From: Chlorokybus atmophyticus
Lineage: Eukaryota; Plantae; Mesostigma and Chlorokybus algae
Direction of reading: 5' to 3'
Length of the DNA: 64,000 nt
Assembly (NCBI GenBank): GCA_009103225.1
Contig: RHPI01002910.1
Location: forward strand, 1-64,000
Position numbers and translations under genes: made by a program. The first letter of the stretch is position 1, and the number at the start of each line of letters is the position of its first letter. The notes under the pieces were generated by a model. That model searched no databases. It was not told the DNA's origin and saw only the letters and a program-made list of their open reading frames with translations. Below are positions 1 to 11,499 of this stretch, in pieces.

Positions 1-2
1 AG

Positions 3-783
3 GGACATATGGCCTCCAAGTGCCCGAAGAAAGGAGAAAAGCCGACCGAGGATCCCGCCAAGTGACGGTGTGGGGTGGTTGCTTGCATAGGAACGGCGCC
101 AGAGGAGCAAAGTAGTGGGCGACTTGAGAACAACAGTTGTATAGCTACAACGATGAAGTTGCCTATGAAATGCGATGTTTGTTTTGGGAATGAGTTTGAA
201 GATTTGCCAAGAATTAATTCACTTAAGGTAGGGCATGAGCGAATTCTCATATGCGTGCCACTTCGTGAGTTAACAAATACTTTGACAAATTATTGGCAAC
301 TAAAGCAAACTAACCCCGAAATTAGGGTGTGTGTTCAAACACCTAAATATTATGGTAAGTGGAAAAGGTTGTTGGGCGGTATGCGCCGTATGGGCACATT
401 ACCAAGGGCCAAATCACCTTTTGCCACTGACTTGCAAATGTGGTGTGATGATGCGAGTGATCGCCGAGATTCATAAATAAATCCTAGGCTAAGTATGGTC
501 TTTGATGCATTAGTGAATGATAGGGCATGTGGTGTCTTAGTTGACACTGGTGTCGTTAGAAAATTTTGTAAGTGCCGGATTGGCAAAAAGGGTCTCGGCC
601 ACTATTGAAACTACCAATGCTAGGGCAAGCTAGTAGGTGAGTTACATTATGAAGTAAGTGGCGTGACAGGGTTGCTGATTCGAATGGGGGATCATACGGC
701 CAAGATAAAGCTATATGTGGTCAAGTCCCTTATTCCAGGCATAGATGTGATATTGGGTGCTAGTTGGCAAAAGCACGTGAAGT
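3..783 (+). pseudogene. gag zinc-knuckle tail and retropepsin protease of the chromovirus (frameshifted)
   Basis: GHMASKCP (end of CCHC knuckle) at 3-26. VLVDTG motif with DTG at 543-551. After a frameshift, IDVILGASW, the typical protease C-terminal motif, ends before the stop at ~783. Confidence 0.8.
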
Positions 784-967
784 AAGAATAAACAAGCGTG
801 CCACCTTCTATTACAATTACACAAGGTGACAAGCGTTTCTCTTTGACACCTAGTATGAACCTTAAGCCTAACAGAAAGAGTAAACCCACCATCGACCCAG
901 TTGATCAATGGTTAAAGAGTGACTCCGAATTGGCTGTAGCACACGGAATTTTTCCACGGACAAGCCC

Positions 968-1310
968 TGGTCCGCACGTACAGACCAGGGCCAAAACGCC
1001 CGGGCGGCTTGGGGTCCGGACCAGGGTTGCCCGCCTTGGTCTGCACGCGGGGACCAGGGCTGGTCCAAACAGTGCGTAATTGTCCCACGGTCCCCCAAAA
1101 AACCGAACCAAGGCTGGTCCCGGTCAGAAACTGTTAGAGGTCGGACCGGTTATGGTCATGTATAAGGACCATCAATGGTCCCTGTTCATACAAGCATGCA
1201 AAGTAGCAGCTATGGCTGGTGCGCATCTATACCGGTAGATAGTCGAACCAGGTGTGGTCCGGTTGGCAGTGTTTATTGTGCGTTATGGCCGGCTGTAGCC
1301 GGACCGACTT
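968..1310. repeat. left subterminal GGACCA/TGGTCC repeats of the CACTA-like element
   Basis: Roughly ten copies in both orientations, matched by a cluster at the right end. Confidence 0.75.
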
Positions 1311-2325
1311 TATAAGCTGACCGGCAGCGGCTGAAATGCTTAAAATTGACTGTGCTCTGGTGGCTGACTGCGGTCAGCTGCAGCTGCAATTGAGCTGCAG
1401 CTGACCGCAGTTAGGCCGCCGCTCGTGGCCTGGCGGGCGGCCTGGTGCTCCATACCAAGAGCACCAGGCCACGCCGCTGGCCTGGTCATGCTGGCCTGGT
1501 AGCAACCATGCCAGCATGACCACGCCAAAGACTTTACAATCGCTATAGCCATGCACCTAGCCATGGCTGCCCACGCCGCCGTCGCCGCTGTTGATACAAC
1601 ACAACCACAGACCACAGGCCATGATGATGGCCTGGTGACATTCACCATACAATCACAGATGCATGTGTGCCAGTCATTCATAGCGTTTAGTGACACGTCG
1701 CAGTCACAACGACAACTAGTCTACTGCAAGCATACTGCGCCACATATGATAGCAGCATACAATGTAGTTGTAAAGCATGTTCCATGTTGTCGGCAGCTTG
1801 TACAGTTACGTTTATACTAAAACTGAAGCAAAAACACGCTGCCACAAGCCTACACATTTGCAGCCATAAGTAGACCTGAACAAGCAACACGCATTCTTGT
1901 GCCACAAGCTACAGTCGGCAGCCTAACTGACAAACACGCAAGTCATCAACTATACACACAGGCTTGTACCTCTTGCTGCAGTAGATCCCGCTCTTCAAAC
2001 CTTCGGCCCCCAAACACGGCCACACCTTGGCTCGTGGTCATGGAAAGCACACCTGCATGTGCAAGCGTAAGCACGCGCAGAGGCAGCACTGTAAGCTTAA
2101 CGCAGCAACAGCAAGAAGCATGTATATAGAGCATATATAGCACAAAGCAATGTTTGCGTGCTCGGTTGTGGCGTGGCATGTATCATTGCATGCTTAAACA
2201 TGCCAGGCACATGCATGTGTGTGTACACATCCGCACCGGAAAATGCACATCCTATCACACACGCACACGCGCCAGACTTTACTGACCTGATCAGTGCCGT
2301 CGCTGAGCCCGTCTGTAGTAAGTGC

Positions 2326-5300
2326 CTCATAGGCTGCACTCCACTGGACGGTGCAGCCTATGAGACAGGAGTTATGGTGGTCCATGAGCCCGCCCTTTTA
2401 TCACTTTCTCATCGGCGGCACTTGTTAGTTGCTATAGGTCTACGAGTCCTAAGAAGTGTGTATGTGTACATGCATGCATGTGTGCATGACGAAGAGCCCA
2501 TGAGAGAATAAGATAGAGAAAGAAAATATGCATGCTTGCACGCATGCCCGTGTGTGTGCGCTTGCGCATGCATGTGCGTATGCGCGCACATATCCTCCCC
2601 CTTGCCCTTCCCTCGCATTCGCTCACCTTGAGGTACAGCGGGTGCATCTGATTGCAGCGCCCTCCGGTCGTGCGCTTTGAGAGGAGCAGCAGCATCGGGC
2701 TCCCCACTGACAATGACGCCTCAGATCACGTATGCAGTGACTGTTTCAGACACGTGTACAGTGGTATATATGTCTGTATGTGCACAATCAGTCATGCCAA
2801 AGCCAGCACGCACGCACGCACATACATACACGTACGTGCGCACACATGCGTACACGCACTCGAGTACATGCACAGGCACGCGCGCCTGCAAGCAATGTAT
2901 GTGGACGTCATACGCAAGTGTCAACAAGCAGCCCGCCTATGACTGGCATCAACGGATCAGGTATCGTTGGCTCATAGGCCGCACGGGTTAGTGCGGTCTA
3001 TAAGCCAACCTAAAGCAACTGCCTCATAGCCCGCACTTGACAGTGCGGCCTATGAGCCAGCCTATGAGGCACTATTTTAGCTAGCCCAACACATGTGTGT
3101 ATGTGTGCACGCACTCACGCACACATGCACACTCATGCGGTTGGGCACACACATACACACACACTCATCGCACCTTGAAGATGGGAGTGGAGAGCTGGGG
3201 CAAGATAGTGCTTGCGTGCGCAAAGGCGTGCACTGCAAACTCTTTTTAGCAGCGAGTTGCTGATTGCGCCCTGGGGGGGGGGGNCAGCCCGCATGCACAT
3301 GACTGCCTGAGCAAACACATGCGCATTTGCATGTGCATGGTTGTATGTGTCTGCGTGCTTCGCTATGAGGAGAGCGCGGGAGGGGGACCTTGTTGACATG
3401 CACAATGTACATGCAGACTCGAGCGGTTGGGAACTGCCTCGTGGGCCGCATTGGACAGTGCGGTCTATCAGCCCGACTTGAACTGTGTGTACTTGAGTAT
3501 GTACGTGCATGGGTCACGATGAGCACATGTACTACAGTAGTACTTGCACGCGTACGTGCGTGTGCGCGTGCATATGCGCGCACATACTCTCCCCTCCCCC
3601 CTCCCCCCCTTCCCCTTCTGCTCACCTTGAGGTCCAGGCACCTATTTGCCGCGCCCCCGGTCCTGCACTCTGCAAAAGAGCAGCTCAGGGTGGTCCCGGC
3701 GAGGAATCTGGGCAGGAGCTCTTAGTTGATGCATGCGCGTGCATGCATCAAAGGTGCTACCTGCAGCATAGTAGAAGGTGAAGAAAGGGGATGCATGCAT
3801 GTGTTGGCAAGTGCACATGCGTGCACGCGTGCAGGATAGATGGAGAAAGCAAGCCCCCCCCNCCCCCCCCCCCGTGCTGGCAGGCACGCCCGAGTGTGGC
3901 TATTGATGACCATTGAAGGACACAATCGTGCATATGTGTGCTAGCTTGCTTTGGGTAAAGCCGTGCCATGCCAGCCAGCCCCCTTCAAGACTTTCTTCCC
4001 ACACACACAGCAAGCTCCTTGCAATTCCTCGTGGTGATCTGTCGGGAAGCGCACGTGGCCATACTTGATATTTGCGGCGCCTGCCTCCCAGCTCTCAGCA
4101 GCCGCCGGCCTGCTAGTGGAGATGACTGTAAGGTAGAGCACAGTCATGCATGCGTAAATCACAGTGCGTCGCCCATCAGCACAACACCGCAAGCAAGAGC
4201 GCACGCGGTGTTGTAGGTGGCTAATTAAAGTATGCACTTGCAAGCACATAGTACTACTATGTTTAGACTGTGGAGCAAAAGTATACACGACAAACATGTG
4301 CAGCTGGTCACTTTTACCAGCCCACACGACAACTATTTGCAGCTGGTACCAGACCGCAACGCATAGACAGTCACAGCGACTGCAGTGTGTGCACCTGACA
4401 GCCATGCAAGCATGCTTGCCTTACAGTACAAGGGTATGTGCTGCATGCTTGTGTGTCTGCATACATGTATGCAAATGGTCCGCAATGCAGTGCCTGCAAA
4501 CAGTCATGCAAGCCTGCTGAAACGTGTACATGAAGGCATTTGTCAAGAAGTACAGTGCTTCAAATGCAGTCGCTCAGTAGCAGTGCATGCATGCGTGCGT
4601 GAGTGCACATGTATGCGTGCGAGAGAGCCGCCACCATGTGCATTGCATTTGTAAAGCGATACACGCATGCAACCATATGCATTCGCGAGCGTACCAGCCA
4701 AGCGTACCAGCTGAGCATCTGCCTGTTGGCTCGGTGCCACCCGCACCACATGTCGCCCGGCAGCAGCCTGCAGCACCCTGCGTGTTATGTGTACATCATG
4801 GAGCAGCATTGTCCAAAGTCGGACGCAGTCTTGGCACTTCCACACAGCCGCCTATGACTTTTAGTATCCAATGACCAGCTTGGTCACTGGATTTTACAAG
4901 TCATAGGCCGCACTGGTCAGTGCGATCTCCCAGCCAGCATTACAGGCTGCACTGCACAGCGCAGCCTATAAGGCTACGCTAACAAGTGCAGGTAGCCAAC
5001 AACTGTGTGTATGTGTGCATGCGTGTTTGCATGCTCGTGACAATAAGCGCTTGCGTGCTTGCATGCGCATGCATGTGTGGACACTCCAGTCTATAAGTTA
5101 GCGGGGGAACACACATGTTAACATGTGTAGCGTACATGCAGTACTGACTGGCCGCACTGCCCAATGCATACTATAAGCCACTCTACAGCAACAGGCTCAT
5201 AGGCCGCAGTGGACAGTCCAGCCTATGAGCCAGTTGCTGTAGGTTAAGAAAGCGTGTATGTGTGTGTACGTGCATGCGCCCGAGATGAAGTGCACATGCA

Positions 5301-5700
5301 TGCTTGTGCACGTGCATGCGTGCGTAATGACGAGCACATGCATGCTTGCACGCGCATGCCCATCTGCGCGTGTGTATGCGCGCACGTATCCTCCCCCTCA
5401 CCCCCCCCCCTGTTGCGCTCCCAGCAACATAGCGTAGTACTCCCTTTGCTGCTCNNNNNNNNNNNNNNNNNNNNNNNNNNNNNNNNNNNNNNNNNNNNNN
5501 NNNNNNNNNNNNNNNNNNNNNNNNNNNNNNNNNNNNNNNNNNNNNNNNNNNNNNNNNNNNNNNNNNNNNNNNNNNNNNNNNNNNNNNNNNNNNNNTTCGC
5601 TCACCTACGGTTCAGTTGAATCTCATTGTAGCGTTCCCGAGTGTTGCACCCTCTGAGCAGCAGCGTTGGACTACCCCCACCAACCCCCATCAAGACAGTT
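2326..5700. repeat. degenerate internal repeat modules with ~8 GGCTCATAGGCCGCAC-N6-11-GTGCGGCCTATGAGCC hairpins
   Basis: Hairpins at ~2326, 2969, 3023, 3437, 4901, 4941, 5150 and 5194. Recurring block of CA/TG tract, polyC and GCTCACCT at ~2500-2720, ~3500-3720 and ~5240-5700. Confidence 0.75.
5455..5595. other. assembly gap
   Basis: Run of N. Confidence 1.
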
Positions 5701-6889
5701 GCAGCCATGGTGGTGCATAAGCTTCTCTTATGCACGCGCGTGCGTGCATGCGCGTGCGCGTGACACCCTGCCAGCATTTGAGTTGGGGTGACGAGGAGTT
5801 GCGCTGAAAGACTGGACGGTCACTGCACGTGCAAATACAAAGCACACCAAACTAGCTCTATAAGCTTGTACATGCTTGTAATGGTTGTAGCTAGTATGCA
5901 AGTACATAACAAGAGTGCAGCAAGCATGTACATGCCTTGATTGCACAAGCCATGTGCAAACGTCCCAGCAAAATAGTGCTTGCGCGGTTGCTGGCTGACA
6001 TTGCTTTACCTGAATACAACAATGAGGCTGAAACCGTGCAGGTGCATCCACACAAGCAACGCTGGCTGCCTTAGGCAAAGTCTCACAATGCAAGCATGCA
6101 ATTGGCCATGACATCGGATAGTCCATTGTGACATATCTTGGTCACAACAAGCAGCAAAGGCTTGTAGATGGTGGACAAGTGCTGAGCAGCCTGCACTGAG
6201 TGCACGCATGCAGACCGGTGTTCAAGTGCATTCATGTGCAGGCGTGCATGCATATGTGCTTGACTGTTGACGACACAGCCCAACGGTTTGATTCAATTGT
6301 GGTAGAGGTTAATGCTACAGCTATAGCGCCGCAGCAGTGCCTGCTGCTGCAGCTGCTGTAGCAGCTGCAGCAGCTGCGACTGCAATTGTAGGCGGCTACA
6401 GCGGCTGCGGCTCGTACCATGGCTTGCGTTGTTATTTTTGCTCGCGAAGCCACAACAGCAGCAAAGTACAATAGTAACGATGTCATTGACAACAACGACA
6501 CAATCAGCGCAACCAATGGTAGCAGTACCGACAGCAGGAGCTCCAACTGTGGCATCTGATTTAGGAATGCCATATTCAAAAATCAACTTACAGCAAGTTA
6601 AGCGCAGTGCGATGGAGAACATGGCTACTTGTCTGCAAGTTAGTAGGCTTGATAGGCTTTACCTCCAGCACCGCCGCCGCCTCCGCCGCCTCCAGCTCCA
6701 GTAGCTTGCCGCTAACATCAACCAATGACGCAAGCAGTGCCTCAGTGCGAATTAGGGTTTCAGCACAGGATGAGTACAGTGTCGTACTTGCCGCTCTGCT
6801 GACGTTTCAAGACCGCGGCTAGATCTTACCACAAAGTCCATGCATTGTGGCCGGATGCGCGCTATTTGCTGTGAACAACGACGTACGGA

Positions 6890-7100
6890 CCAGACTTGGT
6901 CACAACTGCTGTCTTTCTGGTACCATTGTTCCGCGCGTTCGCAGGCCGCGGGACACGCCACCAGCCCTGGTCCGGTCATTCGGACCATGTCGGTGGGCTC
7001 CGGGGCCGGACCACCGGTGGTCCGATCATGCCGGACCAGTCGCGGCACTGGTACGCTACAACGTACCAGACGTGGTCTACGGGCTGCGTACCACTGGTCC
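6890..7100. repeat. right subterminal GGACCA/TGGTCC repeats of the CACTA-like element
   Basis: Repeated ggacca/tggtcc in both orientations just inside the right terminus. Confidence 0.75.
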
Positions 7101-7122
7101 GCGCGTAAAAAGCCCTGTGTAG

Positions 7123-10001
7123 GTTGCCTAAGTATAGTGGGAGACTTGGAAGAGTCAAATGAAATTGATTGGGAAAAGGTACACCCGGCGGTAAGGGAGT
7201 TTATGGATATATTCTCCGCGGATCTACCAAGTGCACCGGCAAACAGGTTTGTCTCCCATTTAATCCCACTAAAGAAAGGGGCTGAGCCTCCGCCGTTAAG
7301 GCCATTGTATAGGCTAAGTCCTAAGGAACGTGATGAAGCAAAGAAGCAGGTGAACTATCTCCTAGAAATGGGTTTGATAGTTGAATCGCAAAGCCCCTAT
7401 TCGGCTAATATAATTTTTGCCAAAAAGAAGGGAGGCACGCTCCGAATGTGTGTTGATTATAGGTCATTAAATGCACAAACGGTGATGAATGCCTTCCCCT
7501 TACCGCGTTTGGATGATTTGTATGATCAACTAATTGGGAAGTCGTGGTTTAGCACCCTCGACCTAATTAGTGGTTATCACCAAATACTTATCGCGATAGA
7601 AGATAGGTATAAGACAGGGTTTAAAACCCCTATGGGTCATTGCGAATATACGGTGATGCCATTTGGCTTGTGCAATGCGCCAGCCACATTTCAAGCGGTA
7701 ATGAATGAAGTATTTAAAGAGGAGGTAGAGTAATTCGTCCTAGTGTACTTGGATGATGTTATTGTATTTTCGAGTACAAAAGAGAGGAACATGTGCTTCA
7801 TTTACGAAAAGCCTTGAGTAGGCTAAGGGAGCATAAGTTCTTGGCGAATTTCGAGAAGTGTGACTTCTTTGCCAGGGAAGTAGAGTACTTGGGTAATGTA
7901 GTGAGCAAAGATGGAATAAAAGGCGATCCTAAGAAACTTGAAAGAGTTAAAGACTGGGCTGTTCCTAAGAATGTAACGGAGTTACGGAAATTCTTGGGTT
8001 TTTGCCTATGGTTCCGCCGTTTTATTTTAGGCTATTCAATTATAGCCGCCCCACTCACTACTTTAACAAGTACCCGAAAACCCTTTGGATGGGGTCCTAA
8101 AGAGCAGCAAGCCTTTGAAAGGCTTAAGGCTGCTATGACCTCACTTCCGGTATTGGAGTTGCTGGAAATGGAAAAGCCATTTGAGGTAATAAGTGATGCC
8201 TCTTTGGCAGGAACCGGGGCTATACTAGTGCAAGAGGGGCATCCAATAGCCTTTGAAAGTTTCAAGTATAAGCCCGCGGAGAAGAATTACTCGACCACCG
8301 ATCAAGAATTATTAGGTGTTGTGAAAGCGTTGCATAGATGGAGGTGTTACTTAGAGGGGAGGCATTTTAAGGTGATAACTGATCACAACCCCTTAGTACA
8401 CCTAAATACGCAACCTAATTTGTCGCGACGCCAAGTAAGGTGGCATGAGTATTTATTGCGATATGATTTTGATTGGGAATATAGGCCAGGTAGGATAAAT
8501 GCGGCAGATCCTTTAAGTAGGCATCCCGCATTGTCCGAGGATTTGGCATTACTTTCATTGGATTATGTGAGTGACATTCCTAACCAAATAATCGCAAGTT
8601 ATACCAATTGCCCGGAGTTCCTTTTGGAATTCAACCAAGTGTTAGAACCACATGGGGCATTTTGGTATAAAGATGAAGAAAAAATTGCGGTTCCAATGGA
8701 TGGGTCACTTAGGTCAAGGTGATTGAAGAATCACATAATCCCCCTTACCATGGCCATTTTGGTATAAGAAAAACTACCGAGTCTTTGGCCATGAGGTATT
8801 GGTGGCCGACCTTAAGAATTGATGTTGAAAACTTTGTGAAGAATTGTGACTCATACCAAAGGAATAAATCCGTAAGGACAAAACCGGCCGGGAAATTACA
8901 ACCTTTACCCATACCAGAGGGGGCTTGGAAGTCAATGTCAGTTGACTTTATAGTCCAATTACCAAAAACGGTAAAAGGGAATAATGGAATGGTTCTATTT
9001 GTAGACCGGTTTAGTAAAGTTGTTCACTTAGAACCAACTCCTCCAAAATTTACGGGCGAGGATTTTGCCCATGCCTTTTTTAGGAGATGGTATTCACAAC
9101 ATGGGATGCCCGTGGATATGATTTCGGATAGGGATTCGCGGTTCACTTCCGCTTTTTGGGGTGAATTATGTGATACATTAGATTTGGATGATAAGTTATC
9201 CACCGCGTTTCATCCTCAAACAGATGGGCAAACCGAGCGTGTGAATCAGACAGTGGAACAACTATTGAGGCATTACTCACTTAAGAATATTAGAGATTGG
9301 GATACATATCTCCCTTTCGTTGAGTATGCCATCAATGATTCAGTGAATGAGTCAACATGGATGACACCATGTTATATTGGCTATGGCCGCCATCCATTAA
9401 GTCCGGTTGAGGCTTATATGGAGAATATGGGGGCTAGGAAAAGAGTCAACCCCTCGGCTCAAATTTTGGCTCAACGATTAGGGCAGGTGCAAAATGAGGC
9501 CAAGAGGGCCTTATTAGCAACCCAAAATCGTATGCGTCAATATGCCGATGTCAAGAGGGCAGAGGCCGTGTTTGAAGTGGGACAAGAAGCCCTACTTAGC
9601 ACGAAGAATGTGAGGATGGAGTCTCTCGACGGGGCCCGAAAACTATTACCCCGATGGCTTGGACCAGTTAAGGTAATAGAAAAGGTAGGGGCTGTGGCTT
9701 CAAGTTAGAATTGCCACCGAGTCTTAAAATACATAATGTATTTCATGCCTCGCTATTGAGAACCTATCACTTAGATGGGTCGGTGTAGCCACCACCACCC
9801 CCAATGTTTATACAAGGAGATTGGGAGTATGAAGTTGAGGGTATAATAACCCACAAAGGCCGGAAAGGCAGATCCCTCAGTTTTTTTGTGAAATGGAAGG
9901 GCCATCCGTTCGAGGCATGTGAATGGGTTGACGAACCTAACATGCGATCACCGCTTCTGATAAAGAAATATTGGAGGGAGCTAACGGTTGCCCAAAGATG
10001 A
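7123..10001 (+). pseudogene. pol (RT-RNase H-integrase-chromodomain), disrupted
   Basis: RT motifs LRMCVDYRSLN, FSTLDLISGYHQI and VMPFGLCNAPATFQ, with YLDD at ~7746 just after an in-frame TAA. RNase H motifs SDAS, ELLGVV and TDH. Integrase HHCC-like region plus SVDFI, ISDRDSRF and QTDGQTER. Chromodomain YEVEGIITHK...FFVKWKG...EW at 9804-10001. Confidence 0.95.
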
Positions 10002-10145
10002 TTTCCAAGTAGGTCCATTTCTAAAAATATATATTTTTCGCCTTTATAAGTAGTTCCACGTTTTGACTTATCAAGTTATTAATCATGGCTTGTTTTCCTA
10101 GGTTAGAAAGCGTGGAGAAAGAAATTGAGCAGAGACGCTCAATAA

Positions 10146-10160
10146 CTTAAGGGGGGGCAT
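10146..10160 (+). other. polypurine tract of the chromovirus
   Basis: cttaagggggggcat lies immediately before TGTTAC. Confidence 0.8.
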
Positions 10161-11499
10161 TGTTACGGCCTAGCTACTATAGCTGATCATGTACAGTGTA
10201 TATATAAGTTTAATTAGCGAGAGACAAAAGTTTAATAAACCTTGGTTGGATTATCTTGGTTTGTTATACAAGCTTTGAATGCGTGTGTTTGTATTTGAGC
10301 TTTAACACAAGTGCAATGCATCGCTAATTATGGGCCTGGCTAGTTAGAGCATTTATATGCATCTAATTAGAAGTGGTTGACTAGGAATTACCCTATTCAT
10401 GTATGTATGGGCGTCTTGAGTAGGAAGATAAAAGCATATGGCTTTATTATAATGATTTATTAACGCGATGTGGGCTTATGGGGTCAATCGCATGAAACAT
10501 CATAAGAAAAAGCATGTGTAATTATAAGGTTCATTTAGGCCAATCCAAGGCGGCTTATTTGAATCAGTTGACTAGAGCGAAGTAGCCTACCTAGGGTGAA
10601 CAAAAAGGACTTCGCGAAATGAGTTCGCGAAGGGGTTGATTCACCTGCGAAGTGAATCGACATAGTGAACTAACTGAACTAAATTAGTTCACTGGTTCAG
10701 TTACGAACATGAACCAAAGTAGTTCACTAGGGGTTCGTAAGTGAACCAAATTAGTTCACTGGTTCAGTTACGAACATGAACTAAAGTAGTTCACTAGGGG
10801 TTCGTAAGTGAACTAAGTGAATCACCCTAATATGAGGGGACTAATAGAAGTGAGAGCCAAAAGTGAATCACTGGTGAACTAAGTTAGTTCGCTAGTAGAG
10901 TGATTTACAATGCCGATAAGGTAGTGAACTAAAATTGATCGCGAAGTGATTTAATAGTAGATTCACTAGTGAATCAACTATTAAATCACTTCGCGACGCG
11001 GCGTCGCGATAGAAAACCGGCTAAGGCATTGGCCCCCTCCCGCGTGTGCCAATACGCAGCGCTATGGCAGCGCCGTCTACCATGGCCGCAGGCACAAAAA
11101 TCGCGGATTCACATTGTTGGTCACTTTGCAGAATGCCAGTGAACTAATGCCGGGTGAACTAAACTAATCACTTGGGTGAGTGAATGGGGATCTCGTAGAA
11201 GGCTTTGGACCAAGAAGGTCTTAGCCAAGATAGTTCCTAGTAAAGCTCACGGCGATAGAGATCGCCAAAACAAACAAAAGAGCCAGTCGCAGGTGGAGGG
11301 TAGCCGCCGCGCGACTTGAGCTCTGGGCTTTTGGGACTAAGGTAGGGGTACCTAAGCTAGGTGACCATAACCCTTAAGTTACCAAGTAGTTGTTCATTCA
11401 ACGAAAGGTGATTAAGGGAGTGTACAGTCACTACATGTAAAAGTGTGTGATCACTGTACATAGTTTTTGGTGTGATTTGCTCCTCCGCGCGCCGTAACA
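10161..11499 (+). repeat. 3' LTR (~1.34 kb)
   Basis: Starts TGTTACGGC directly after the PPT and ends GCCGTAACA, a perfect 9-bp terminal inverted repeat. Confidence 0.8.

Larger units (their letters stand above)
940..7119. mobile_element. CACTA/EnSpm-like DNA transposon, probably non-autonomous, 6180 bp
   Basis: Ends are CACACGGAATTTTT and AAAAAGCCCTGTG (imperfect TIR starting CAC). TAG is duplicated at 937-939 and 7120-7122. Removing the insert rejoins the pol frame (DSELAV|GCLSIVG). Many GGACCA/TGGTCC subterminal repeats at both ends. No transposase recognised. Confidence 0.88.
1..11499 (+). mobile_element. Ty3/Gypsy LTR retrotransposon (chromovirus), degenerate, 5' part outside window, interrupted by CACTA-like insertion at 940-7119
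   Basis: Domain order is gag knuckle end, protease, RT, RNase H, integrase, chromodomain, PPT, TG...CA LTR. Multiple stops and frameshifts. Confidence 0.95.

Noticed and set aside
1551-6283. Numerous His/Cys/Met-rich short ORFs in the ORF track
   Set aside because: Translation artefacts of (CA)n/(TG)n/TGCA-rich tracts, which are common throughout the introns of this genome.
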